NCBI GenBank assembly: GCA_016180135.1
Contig: JACPBV010000023.1
Span: 7,405-71,404, forward strand
Length of the DNA stretch: 64,000 nucleotides
Source: Candidatus Woesearchaeota archaeon
Lineage (GTDB): Archaea > Nanobdellota > Nanobdellia > Woesearchaeales > JACPBV01
Direction: 5' to 3'
Position numbers and translations under genes: made by a program
Shown: positions 27,946 to 36,186 of the stretch, one piece after another
How the letters are laid out: every line of letters starts with the position of its first letter
Position numbering within the stretch: position 1 is the stretch's first letter
Notes under the pieces: model-generated
Told to the model about the DNA's origin: nothing
Database searches by the model: none
The model's input: the letters and a program-made list of their open reading frames with translations, nothing else

Positions 27946-28229
27946 TTGATATAAAACTGATGGGTTTAACCGGCTCATTTGCGGAAAATAAAGATTTAGC
28001 AAGGGAGGTAAGGCTCAATACAATCATTCCGGGGCTGGAAAAAAAAGAGGAAATCTTGCTTGATTTTGAAGGTATCGAAGGCGCAACACAATCCTTCATC
28101 CATGCCCTGATAAGCGACGTCCTTAGGAAATATGGCCCCGGTGCGTTAGACAAGCTCTCTTTTAAAAACTGCAATGAAAATGTCAGGAAGATTATAACTA
28201 TTGTGGTAGACTATATGCAGGAAAGTTAA
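27942..28229 (+). CDS. STAS-like protein (DUF4325 type)
   Basis: LLDFEGIEGATQSFIHALI; ATGA overlap with the HATPase gene. Confidence 0.8.
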   Translation: MIDIKLMGLTGSFAENKDLAREVRLNTIIPGLEKKEEILLDFEGIEGATQSFIHALISDVLRKYGPGALDKLSFKNCNENVRKIITIVVDYMQES

Positions 28230-28241
28230 TCCTTGGGGAGA

Positions 28242-29426
28242 CTATAACACTTGAAAGCCATCGTTTTTAATGTCATTATCCAACTCCAACAGCTCATCTA
28301 ACTCTGGATTTTTAACCACCTTAAGCACGTCCATCGTTTTTTTTATTTTCTCAGCGATTCCCAAAAACCCAATCTTACCATCCAAAAAAAGTTGGACAGC
28401 AACCTCATTTGCAGCATTCATCGCGCATGGCATTGTTCCACCGATCTTTCCAGCTTCGTAGGCAAAGCCAAGGCAGGGAAACAGTTCGTTATTAACCTCA
28501 GAAAAAGTCAGTTCTTTTGCCGTCACCGGATTGAACGGCTTTGAAGCCGTATTTGCCAATCTCTTCGGATAAGACAGCGCATACTGTATCGGAATCCTCA
28601 TGTCAGGAAAGCCTACCTGCGCAAGAACCGACTTATCTTTAAACTCAACGAAAGAATGGATGATGCTTTGGGGATGGACAACCACTTTTATTTTTTCGTA
28701 ATCCCGCCCATACAGCCAATGCGCCTCGATGACTTCAAACCCTTTGTTCATCAGCGTTGCGGAGTCAATCGTTATCTTTGCGCCCATGTTCCATGTAGGG
28801 TGCTTTAACGCATCAGCAGGCTTGATGCTCTCAAAATCTTTAATGCTCTTAAAGTTCCTGAAGGGGCCGCCAGAACAGGTTAATGTTACTGACTCAACGT
28901 CATCAACAGCTTTTCCATAACTCATTTTATTGCCCCCATCAGCAGCATTGGCATTGAGGCATTGGAATATCGCAGAATGCTCAGAATCGATGGGCATCAG
29001 TTTGACGCTGTGCTTTCTGGCTTTATCCATCACAATCTCCCCTGCTGCAACCAGCGTTTCCTTGTTTGCAAGGGCAATATTCTTTCCTGCCTCAATGGCT
29101 TTTACAGTCGGCAAAACGCCTATGGAGCCGACAAGCGCATTGACGATAGTATCTGCGTCTGATAATTGGGCTATCTTAAGAAGGCCGTCCATCCCCCTGT
29201 AAACAGGGATATCAGCCTTCAGCTCATCAGTAAGATGGTCAGCCTTCTCCTCATCAAAGACGGCAACCGCCTCTGGCTTAAATTCCACAATTTGTTTTTT
29301 AAGAAGCTCAATATTGCTGTGGCAGGAAAGCCCAACTATTCTAAATTCGTTTGGATGCTCCCTCGCAATCTCCAAAGCCTGAGTGCCGATGGAGCCGGTT
29401 GAGCCGAGGATAGACAAGGTTTTCAT
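28242..29426 (-). CDS. dxr: 1-deoxy-D-xylulose-5-phosphate reductoisomerase
   Basis: ILGSTGSIGTQ, ALANKETLV, PIDSEH, TCSGGPFR, HPTWNMGAKITIDSATLMNKG, NAANE. Confidence 0.98.
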   Translation of the reverse strand: MKTLSILGSTGSIGTQALEIAREHPNEFRIVGLSCHSNIELLKKQIVEFKPEAVAVFDEEKADHLTDELKADIPVYRGMDGLLKIAQLSDADTIVNALVGSIGVLPTVKAIEAGKNIALANKETLVAAGEIVMDKARKHSVKLMPIDSEHSAIFQCLNANAADGGNKMSYGKAVDDVESVTLTCSGGPFRNFKSIKDFESIKPADALKHPTWNMGAKITIDSATLMNKGFEVIEAHWLYGRDYEKIKVVVHPQSIIHSFVEFKDKSVLAQVGFPDMRIPIQYALSYPKRLANTASKPFNPVTAKELTFSEVNNELFPCLGFAYEAGKIGGTMPCAMNAANEVAVQLFLDGKIGFLGIAEKIKKTMDVLKVVKNPELDELLELDNDIKNDGFQVL

Positions 29427-29548
29427 CAGAAGTCAATAAGTGGTATCACCTTAAAAGACTATCGAACCTCCGGCCTACAACTCCGGGCAGATAAAAAATC
29501 AAAATGCTTATATAGGGGTATTGTTTACCTAAAGTAATCATATGTTTA

Positions 29549-29656
29549 CTTCAAAGTCGCTGGGTGCAAACGCCGCACTTCAAAGCGGCTTTGAAGGACT
29601 AAAAATGCCGAGTGTTAAAGACTCGGGCGTTAGCCCGATGATGTTTCGGCATTTTT
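29549..29656 (+). repeat. Highly structured leader or REP-like element before the HEPN gene
   Basis: CTTCAAAG-CGG-CTTTGAAG; AAAAATGCCGA/TCGGCATTTTT enclosing TCGGGC-GTTA-GCCCGA. Confidence 0.6.
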
Positions 29657-29665
29657 TTTACTTTT

Positions 29666-30190
29666 ATGAAAATGGAAAGCAAAACCAATGTTCCAAAGTC
29701 AGCAGAAGCCCTGCAAAGGGCGTTCTTAAGCTGTGAAAAGGGAGGCAGATTTAAGAAAGTCGGGCAGGAGGCGTTTTCTGACTATGTTGAAAGGGCAAAT
29801 AAGGATCTGGCTTCAGCAGAGCGTGATTTTGAAGCAAACGACTTCCATTGGGCTAGAGTTAAGGCGTACCAGTCCTTATTCCATTTGCTCAATGCTTTAC
29901 TGATCAAGAAGTTAGGCTATTACTCAAAAGACCATGGGTGCATCATTGTTGCCTTGATGAACGATGGCATCATAAGCGAAGATTCTGCCAAGGAGCTTCA
30001 TTTGCTGGTTGATAAAGTGATGAAGCAGGCTACCTCCAATGATGTGTACAGGGATCTTGACGAATTCAGGATACAAAGGAATTTCGCGCTGTATAAGCCC
30101 AAATCATGGGTTGATGTTAAAGAGGGAGATGTAAGGGCTGAGCTTGATAAAATAAAAAACAATTTCAAAATATTGGTGAGCCTCCTATGA
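29666..30190 (+). CDS. HEPN-domain protein
   Basis: DLASAERDF...HWARVKAYQSLFH, SKDHGC, RIQRNFALY. Confidence 0.8.
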   Translation: MKMESKTNVPKSAEALQRAFLSCEKGGRFKKVGQEAFSDYVERANKDLASAERDFEANDFHWARVKAYQSLFHLLNALLIKKLGYYSKDHGCIIVALMNDGIISEDSAKELHLLVDKVMKQATSNDVYRDLDEFRIQRNFALYKPKSWVDVKEGDVRAELDKIKNNFKILVSLL

Positions 30191-30771
30191 CGCTGATAAA
30201 ATCCCTGCCTCTCGGTGAGAATAAGCTAAAGGTGATGTTTGAGATTTATGCAGAAGGGGAAGATTATTTGAGAAATATCGAAAAAAAGACAGGTATAAAC
30301 CCTTCGCTGGCTCACCGGATCCTTAAAAGCCTTAAGGAGGCAGGAGTGATAAGCAAAAAGGTAAAAGGAAAGGAAGCATACTATGCCTTCACTAAAGAAG
30401 GAAAAGGCCAGTTTACTCATCTTCTCGAGTCATTTCATCTGGAAATGGCCGCTGAAAGGTCAAAGGACATCAAAACTTTCTTGAAGCTTCTCCTTAACAG
30501 CCGGGGGATAGTATCCCTTTGCCAGAAGGTTTATCTCTTTGGCTCATTTGCGTTTGGTGAGGTGAAAGAAGGGAGTGATATCGATGTCTTGTTTGTCACG
30601 AATAACCGAAAAGAGATTTTGGCATGGTGCCGTGAAACATCTTTGGCTCTTGGGCGGGATATCAGCCCATTAATCTATACGCCTGCTAAATTCAGGTCAG
30701 AGCTAAAAAAGAAGGAGCCATTGCTTGATTCGATTATCAATACCATAAGATACAGGGCAGTTATAAAGTAA
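30187..30771 (+). CDS. wHTH plus minimal nucleotidyltransferase (MNT)
   Basis: N-terminal HTH (YLRNIEKKTGINPSLAHRIL); LFGSFAFG...SDIDVLFV. Confidence 0.88.
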   Translation: MTLIKSLPLGENKLKVMFEIYAEGEDYLRNIEKKTGINPSLAHRILKSLKEAGVISKKVKGKEAYYAFTKEGKGQFTHLLESFHLEMAAERSKDIKTFLKLLLNSRGIVSLCQKVYLFGSFAFGEVKEGSDIDVLFVTNNRKEILAWCRETSLALGRDISPLIYTPAKFRSELKKKEPLLDSIINTIRYRAVIK

Positions 30772-30951
30772 TGTTCTCTCCGATCATAGCTGATGTCTGA
30801 ATTCCAATGCTTCCGATTGAGCCAGTGGAGCAGAGAATACTAATCCCTTTCATAATAATGGAGAAGGGCGCTGCAATAAAATCTCATTTTCCACCAGTGT
30901 ATTTCACTGGTGGTTTACACTCTGGATCAGATTTAAGTGGAAAATGAGAAC

Positions 30952-31074
30952 AAAAAATCCGACCCGAGCGACCGAAGGGAGCGAGCATACCGCCAGTCTA
31001 TTGACCGTTGCCGACCGGAGGGAGCGCAACTAGGAAAATCATCAGATTTTCTGTTGGCGGTGGTCGGATTTTTT
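30952..31074. mobile_element. MITE family B (123 bp)
   Basis: Perfect 13-bp TIR AAAAAATCCGACC/GGTCGGATTTTTT; internal ACCGCCA/TGGCGGT and GAAAATC/GATTTTC. Confidence 0.7.
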
Positions 31075-31111
31075 TGATAGTTTTGCCTCTTTGTATCAAC
31101 AAAGGATAAAA

Positions 31112-31939
31112 TTACGCAGGGGTTAGTTGGTGTGACTCTTGAACAATTTGTTCCAATGCCTTTTCAAGATTTCCAGGAGATATATGGCTAAGGTCGATCA
31201 CTGCCCTAGATTTAGCATAGGCTGGAAAGCTAATCTGTGGAAAACCTTCCGAAAAAGAGAAAGCTATATTCCCCCAATCCTCAGATATAGTTTTTCTGAG
31301 GCTTTTATCCAATCTTGGATCGGGTTTGGAATTTATTCCATACAACGCAAAATGGAGAAGAGAACCTTGTTTGATCACCTTTCCTGGAGCGCATACCTCA
31401 GGCATTCTAAATTTGCTCGTCATATAAGTTTCAGGTTGCGATTCAGAGGTTAATTGTACCTGCCCCATCCATTTGCCCCCAAAGAGACCTGGCGTTAATT
31501 CTCCCTTTAACTCAAGTCGCTGGTCAGACCATTCATGAATGCCTAATTTGGAGTCATCAACTGAATATCCTTTTAATCCCTCTCGCAGCCAATGCAATCG
31601 TTGGGAATAGGTTTCGGAGACTTTATCTCCCAGAATCTCAGCTAAAAATCCTTTCCCAAATGTTTTACCAGCAGATGCTAAAAATTTTTCAAAATCGCCC
31701 CTGGTGTACAAACTTAAAATAACGCCTGCCTCAGAAACTGTCGGTCCGCGCACAACCCCCGGTAATGGGCCAAGCGCCTTAAGGCGTTCAATATGTTCGT
31801 CAAAAGTGATTTGGGCTCCCCGATGGCCGAAATGTGCCTCTGTTTCAAAAAGCCCAACAAAATTTTGCCAATATCCAGGTGCTTTTTCTACTCTGAATAC
31901 TAACGGCACATAGTCATTAAGATCAATCATATTAAACAT
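31112..31939 (-). CDS. Hypothetical protein
   Basis: 275-aa ORF with an upstream GAGGGG and TATA; no motif recognised. Confidence 0.6.
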   Translation of the reverse strand: MFNMIDLNDYVPLVFRVEKAPGYWQNFVGLFETEAHFGHRGAQITFDEHIERLKALGPLPGVVRGPTVSEAGVILSLYTRGDFEKFLASAGKTFGKGFLAEILGDKVSETYSQRLHWLREGLKGYSVDDSKLGIHEWSDQRLELKGELTPGLFGGKWMGQVQLTSESQPETYMTSKFRMPEVCAPGKVIKQGSLLHFALYGINSKPDPRLDKSLRKTISEDWGNIAFSFSEGFPQISFPAYAKSRAVIDLSHISPGNLEKALEQIVQESHQLTPA

Positions 31940-32244
31940 CCCCTCAATAAATTAATAATTTGTTGCCATTAATAAGCTTTTCCTTTGTTTGTTTGATAAA
32001 TGTATTCCAACATGGTTTGTCGAGCCAGTTTAGGAAACAGCCTTCATTTGTTATGTTCCTCCCGATATTTTCATGGAGGTATTTTCCTTAAGCCTTTGAG
32101 TTAGCGGGTAGTGCCCTCAGGAAACATGCCTCTTCGATTAATGGGAACTTGAATATTCATCTATAATTCCCCCGTATTCCCAAACTCGAATTTTCAAGCA
32201 TCAAAACCAAAACATTTATTAATTTCGTCTTCTTTCGGTTTCCT

Positions 32245-32775
32245 ATGGGGGATATCAATCGCATAAAAACCATTTTTCTCTCAGTTGCTGTTATCGTATT
32301 GCTTGCTGTCGTTGTTGCCAGCATCGTCTCTGCAGGAATTTCATCCGGCCCGATCTTTCCGCCGCCGAAAAATCCTCCAAAAACGCCCCCTAAGCCCTGT
32401 TCTCAGGAAGGCGGGGCATGCGGCGGCTTTGCTGGAATAACCTGCTGCGGCAGCCTCAGGTGTGATGCCCAATCTCCTGACAAAATGGGAAAATGCGTCA
32501 AAGAAACTTTCTGCCCTGCGCTGTATAATCCCGTGTGCGGAAGTGACGGAAAAACCTACAACAATGAATGCGAGGCAAAAAAGGCTGGTGCGGTGATTGC
32601 ATGTAATCAAAAGTGCCCCTGCCCTAAGCAAGAGCCGCCTAAAGATCCTCCCAAAGAACCTCCTTGCTCTCCGAAATATAGCCTTTGCGGCGGAAGTTCC
32701 GGGAAAAAGTGCTGCAATGGGCTGAAGTGCAATGCAAAGTCACCGGATAAGTTTGGAAGGTGCGTGAGGAAATAA
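32245..32775 (+). CDS. Secreted Kazal-type protease-inhibitor domain protein with two flanking 6-Cys knottin-like repeats
   Basis: CPALYNPVCGSDGKTYNNECEA; C..CGG....CC..L.C.A.SPDK.G.CV twice; Pro/Lys linkers. Confidence 0.85.
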   Translation: MGDINRIKTIFLSVAVIVLLAVVVASIVSAGISSGPIFPPPKNPPKTPPKPCSQEGGACGGFAGITCCGSLRCDAQSPDKMGKCVKETFCPALYNPVCGSDGKTYNNECEAKKAGAVIACNQKCPCPKQEPPKDPPKEPPCSPKYSLCGGSSGKKCCNGLKCNAKSPDKFGRCVRK

Positions 32776-32823
32776 AGGATTGAAATACCTGATTTAAAGA
32801 ATACCATCAATAAACCTCTTAAG

Positions 32824-34728
32824 TCATTGAGCAGATAGAATTTTGTATGATTTCTTAGCTAAACTCTCCGCCATCTTCACTATCCCCCCCTTATCCAGCC
32901 CGATCATCTTATACAGCTCCTTCTGGCTCCCATGGTCAACAAACTTATCCGGGATGCCAAGCATCGTTACCGGGATGTTAAGGTTGTTTTCCCTGAGCAA
33001 TTCTAAGACTGCGCTTCCAAATCCCCCTTTCACAGAATTTTCCTCAACGGTCAGAACCTTTTTGCATTTCTTGGCCAATGAAATGAGCGTTTCTTCATCC
33101 AGGGGCTTTGCAAATCTTGCATTGACTATGCAGCAGCTTATCTTCTTCTCCGCCAGCTCAATGGCAGCTTCAAGCGCAGTGTTTACGATTGGGCCAAAAC
33201 CGATGATAAGCACATCTTTTCCCTCCCTTAAAACTTCCGCCTTTGCAACCGCTACCGGCTCAAGCGGATTTTCAACTCCGACACCCATACCCGTTGACCT
33301 TGGATAGCGCAGGGCGACAGGCCCATCATTATCCAATGCAGTTGCCAGCATCTTGCCCACCTCATTTTCGTTTGCGGGAGACATTATTGTCAGATTGGGA
33401 ATTGCCCTCAGATAGCTTATGTCAAACACCCCATGATGGGTCGCTCCGTCTTCGCCGACAAGCCCTGCTCGGTCGATGGCAAAAACCACAGGAAGGTTCA
33501 TCAAACAGACATCGTGAATAATCTGGTCGTAAGCCCTCTGTAAAAAAGTGGAATAAATCGCAACAACCGGCTTTAATCCTCCAACAGCTAGGCCGCCGGC
33601 AAACGTCACCGCATGCTGCTCAGCAATACCGACGTCAAAAAACCTTTCAGGGAACTCCTTTTGGAATTTATCCAGACCAGTCCCGGGAGCCATCGCAGCG
33701 GTGATGGCAACGATGCGGGCATCATCCTTAGCAAGCTTCACCAGCGCATTTGAGAATGCCTCAGTATAGGTCATATGCTGGTGGACAGAGGGCTTGAATG
33801 CCTCTCCCGTCGCAAGGTCGAATGGCTTTGCCCCATGGTATTTCTCAGCATTGTTCTCAGCCAGGTTGAAGCCCCGGCCTTTCTGCGTCCTGACATGCAT
33901 AAGGATAGGCACTCTCATGTCTTTGATGTTGTTAAAGAGCCGTATCATCTTTTCAATATTATGCCCGTCGATAGGCCCAAAATAGCGGAATCCCAGTTCC
34001 CTGAACAGCAGGCCTGGCCCGGAGATGGCATGGAGCGATTCCTCAATCTTCGCAGCTTTTTTAGCGGCATTGGCGCCGAAATGGGAGAGGAACGAAAGTA
34101 TCTTCTGCCGTTTTGCTTTATATCCAGGGTGGGTAACAAGCTTGTTGAGGTAGTGCTTCAGCGCTCCGACGTTCGGCGAGATGGAGAAGCTGTTGTCATT
34201 CAGAATTACAATAAGGTCAGTCTTGAGGTCTCCTGCCTGGTTTAAAGCCTCAAAGGCCATCCCTGCAGTCATCGCGCCGTCTCCGATGACAGAGATGACT
34301 TTGTATCGCTGCCTGAGGAGATCACGGGCCTTGGCAATCCCTAATCCCGCTCCGATTGAAGTCGAGCTGTGGCCTGCATTAAAGACATCATACTCTGATT
34401 CTTCCCTTTTAAGGAACCCCGATATGCCCTTATATTGCCGTAAGCTGTGGAACCTTTTTGCCCTGCCGGTTATCAGCTTGTGCGCATAACCCTGGTTCCC
34501 GACATCAAAGATGATCTTATCAGCAGGGGCGTTAAAGACGTAATGAAGAGCCAAAGTGAGCTCAACAGCCCCAAGGGGAGAAGCGAGATGCCCCCCATTC
34601 TTTGCGACAGTTCCAAGAATCTTAGCACGGATCTCTTTTGCGAGGAGCCTGAGCTGCTCCATGCTCAGGACTTTGATATCTTTTGGCCCTTCAATCATAT
34701 CCAAGAAATGAGTAGTCGGCTGTTCCAT
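32824..34728 (-). CDS. dxs: 1-deoxy-D-xylulose-5-phosphate synthase (634 aa from the internal ATG)
   Basis: GGHLASPLG, DVGNQGYAHK, GHSSTSI, GDGAMTAG, FGLRYFGPIDGH-like segment, GIAEQHA, DRAGLVGEDGATH; GGGGGA ribosome-binding site before ATG 34728. Confidence 0.96.
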   Translation of the reverse strand: MEQPTTHFLDMIEGPKDIKVLSMEQLRLLAKEIRAKILGTVAKNGGHLASPLGAVELTLALHYVFNAPADKIIFDVGNQGYAHKLITGRAKRFHSLRQYKGISGFLKREESEYDVFNAGHSSTSIGAGLGIAKARDLLRQRYKVISVIGDGAMTAGMAFEALNQAGDLKTDLIVILNDNSFSISPNVGALKHYLNKLVTHPGYKAKRQKILSFLSHFGANAAKKAAKIEESLHAISGPGLLFRELGFRYFGPIDGHNIEKMIRLFNNIKDMRVPILMHVRTQKGRGFNLAENNAEKYHGAKPFDLATGEAFKPSVHQHMTYTEAFSNALVKLAKDDARIVAITAAMAPGTGLDKFQKEFPERFFDVGIAEQHAVTFAGGLAVGGLKPVVAIYSTFLQRAYDQIIHDVCLMNLPVVFAIDRAGLVGEDGATHHGVFDISYLRAIPNLTIMSPANENEVGKMLATALDNDGPVALRYPRSTGMGVGVENPLEPVAVAKAEVLREGKDVLIIGFGPIVNTALEAAIELAEKKISCCIVNARFAKPLDEETLISLAKKCKKVLTVEENSVKGGFGSAVLELLRENNLNIPVTMLGIPDKFVDHGSQKELYKMIGLDKGGIVKMAESLAKKSYKILSAQ

Positions 34729-34743
34729 GAATCCCCCAAAGCA

Positions 34744-35148
34744 GTATGTGATAGTGATTGCTGCCTTGATCCTGTCTTTGCTGGCTAACCCTGCAGGGCA
34801 GGAAAGGATGCAGTCAGTCTCATTCTCTGCCCCAAGGGGGTCGGCAGCGCATGTTGCCGCGCTGCAGGCCGGGGTATCTGTCGCCACACTCAAAAAATCA
34901 ATCGGCTCAGGGAGGATGTTCTTGATCCGCAGGGTGATTGTATCGGCAGCAGATGAAGAAGCATAATCTTTGCAGAACAGGCCTGAACTTGTCACAATAA
35001 TGCATTTTTCAGGAAGGAATTTTTCAGGGTTCAGGACTCCCATGTAGGCCAATGCTCCGATAGAGATGACAACGACAAGGATAGCCCATCCATAAGTCAT
35101 CAGGAACTCCATCGAAGCTTGCGCTTTTGGTTTCATAAGAAGGCTCAT
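34744..35148 (-). pseudogene. Class III signal-peptide pilin-like gene, 3'-truncated and read through in frame into dxs
   Basis: KAQASMEFLMTYGWAILVV; colinear with 35414-35875 until ITITY, then lacks about 23 C-terminal residues. Confidence 0.75.
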
Positions 35149-35195
35149 GCCGGGTCAAGGTTATTATTAATCAATTCTATTATCCATCAAGGTTA

Positions 35196-35381
35196 TTATT
35201 TAAAGTAATTCTTTATGATGAAATAACCCCAGAGCGACAGGAACATAACCCCCAGGGACATGAAAGGGGGAAACCATTGCTTTTCCGAGGAAGTGATAAA
35301 CCTTGAAACAGTAACCAGATAGAGGACTATTGCAATCAGAAAACTGAACCTATAGATTTGCAGAATAGTTTTCTTTTTCAT
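35196..35381 (-). CDS. Small two-TM membrane protein
   Basis: 61 aa with two hydrophobic helices, located between the pilin paralogues. Confidence 0.55.
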   Translation of the reverse strand: MKKKTILQIYRFSFLIAIVLYLVTVSRFITSSEKQWFPPFMSLGVMFLSLWGYFIIKNYFK

Positions 35382-35413
35382 GGGAAAAAAATAAAATAAA
35401 AAAATAAGTGCCT

Positions 35414-35875
35414 TTACGGCACTACAGTAACCAATTGGCCCGTCGTGGATTTGCTCAATCCCTGCCCGGCAGCGCTGCCGACATCATAGACGATGGTCAG
35501 CGTCCCTTTGATCTTATCTCCTTTGGTAAGCCCGCCAGAGCATCCGAGGGAGAAATCGGTCGTATTGTCAGCTCCAATCTTGGTATCAGCGGTGCTGAAA
35601 GAGCAGCTTGGGGAATCAATGCTGATAGAATCGACAAATGCGCTTTCGGCAAGAATATTCTTCAGCCTGATTGTTACCGTTTCAGCAGATGAGCTTGACG
35701 TGAATTCATCGCAGAAAAGCCCTGAGCCGGAGGAGATGACACATTTTTCAGGCAGAAACTTTTCAGGGCTCAGCACCCCAAAATAAGACAGTGCCCCGAT
35801 CGCAATGAGCACAACTAGAATTGCCCAGCCATAAGTCATGAGAAATTCCATGGCTGCCTGGCCTTTTTTATTCAT
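35414..35875 (-). CDS. Archaeal pilin-like protein (class III signal peptide)
   Basis: KKGQ/AAMEFLMTYGWAILVVLIAIGALSYFGVL. Confidence 0.88.
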   Translation of the reverse strand: MNKKGQAAMEFLMTYGWAILVVLIAIGALSYFGVLSPEKFLPEKCVISSGSGLFCDEFTSSSSAETVTIRLKNILAESAFVDSISIDSPSCSFSTADTKIGADNTTDFSLGCSGGLTKGDKIKGTLTIVYDVGSAAGQGLSKSTTGQLVTVVP

Positions 35876-36186
35876 TCAGATCACCTCTTGTTTATTCCTT
35901 AACCATATAATCCTATTAATCCCTTAACTTTCCTTAACTTTCAAATCTTGTTTATTCCAATGTCCATAAGTTTAGGATATACCCTTCCTGAAGCAGGATG
36001 TTTATAAACTTTTGGATTTGTTTCATCTTGTTTCATCTTATTTCATCTTTGGGCAAATATAACCTGGCGGTATTCCCGAACCTTGCTTCTCCTTTCCCTT
36101 TCCGCCACTACTTTGAGAGGAATACGAACCTATTTATAATCGCCGGTTGAGAGTATGGAATTGCAGGGCTGCATGCCATCAAACTC

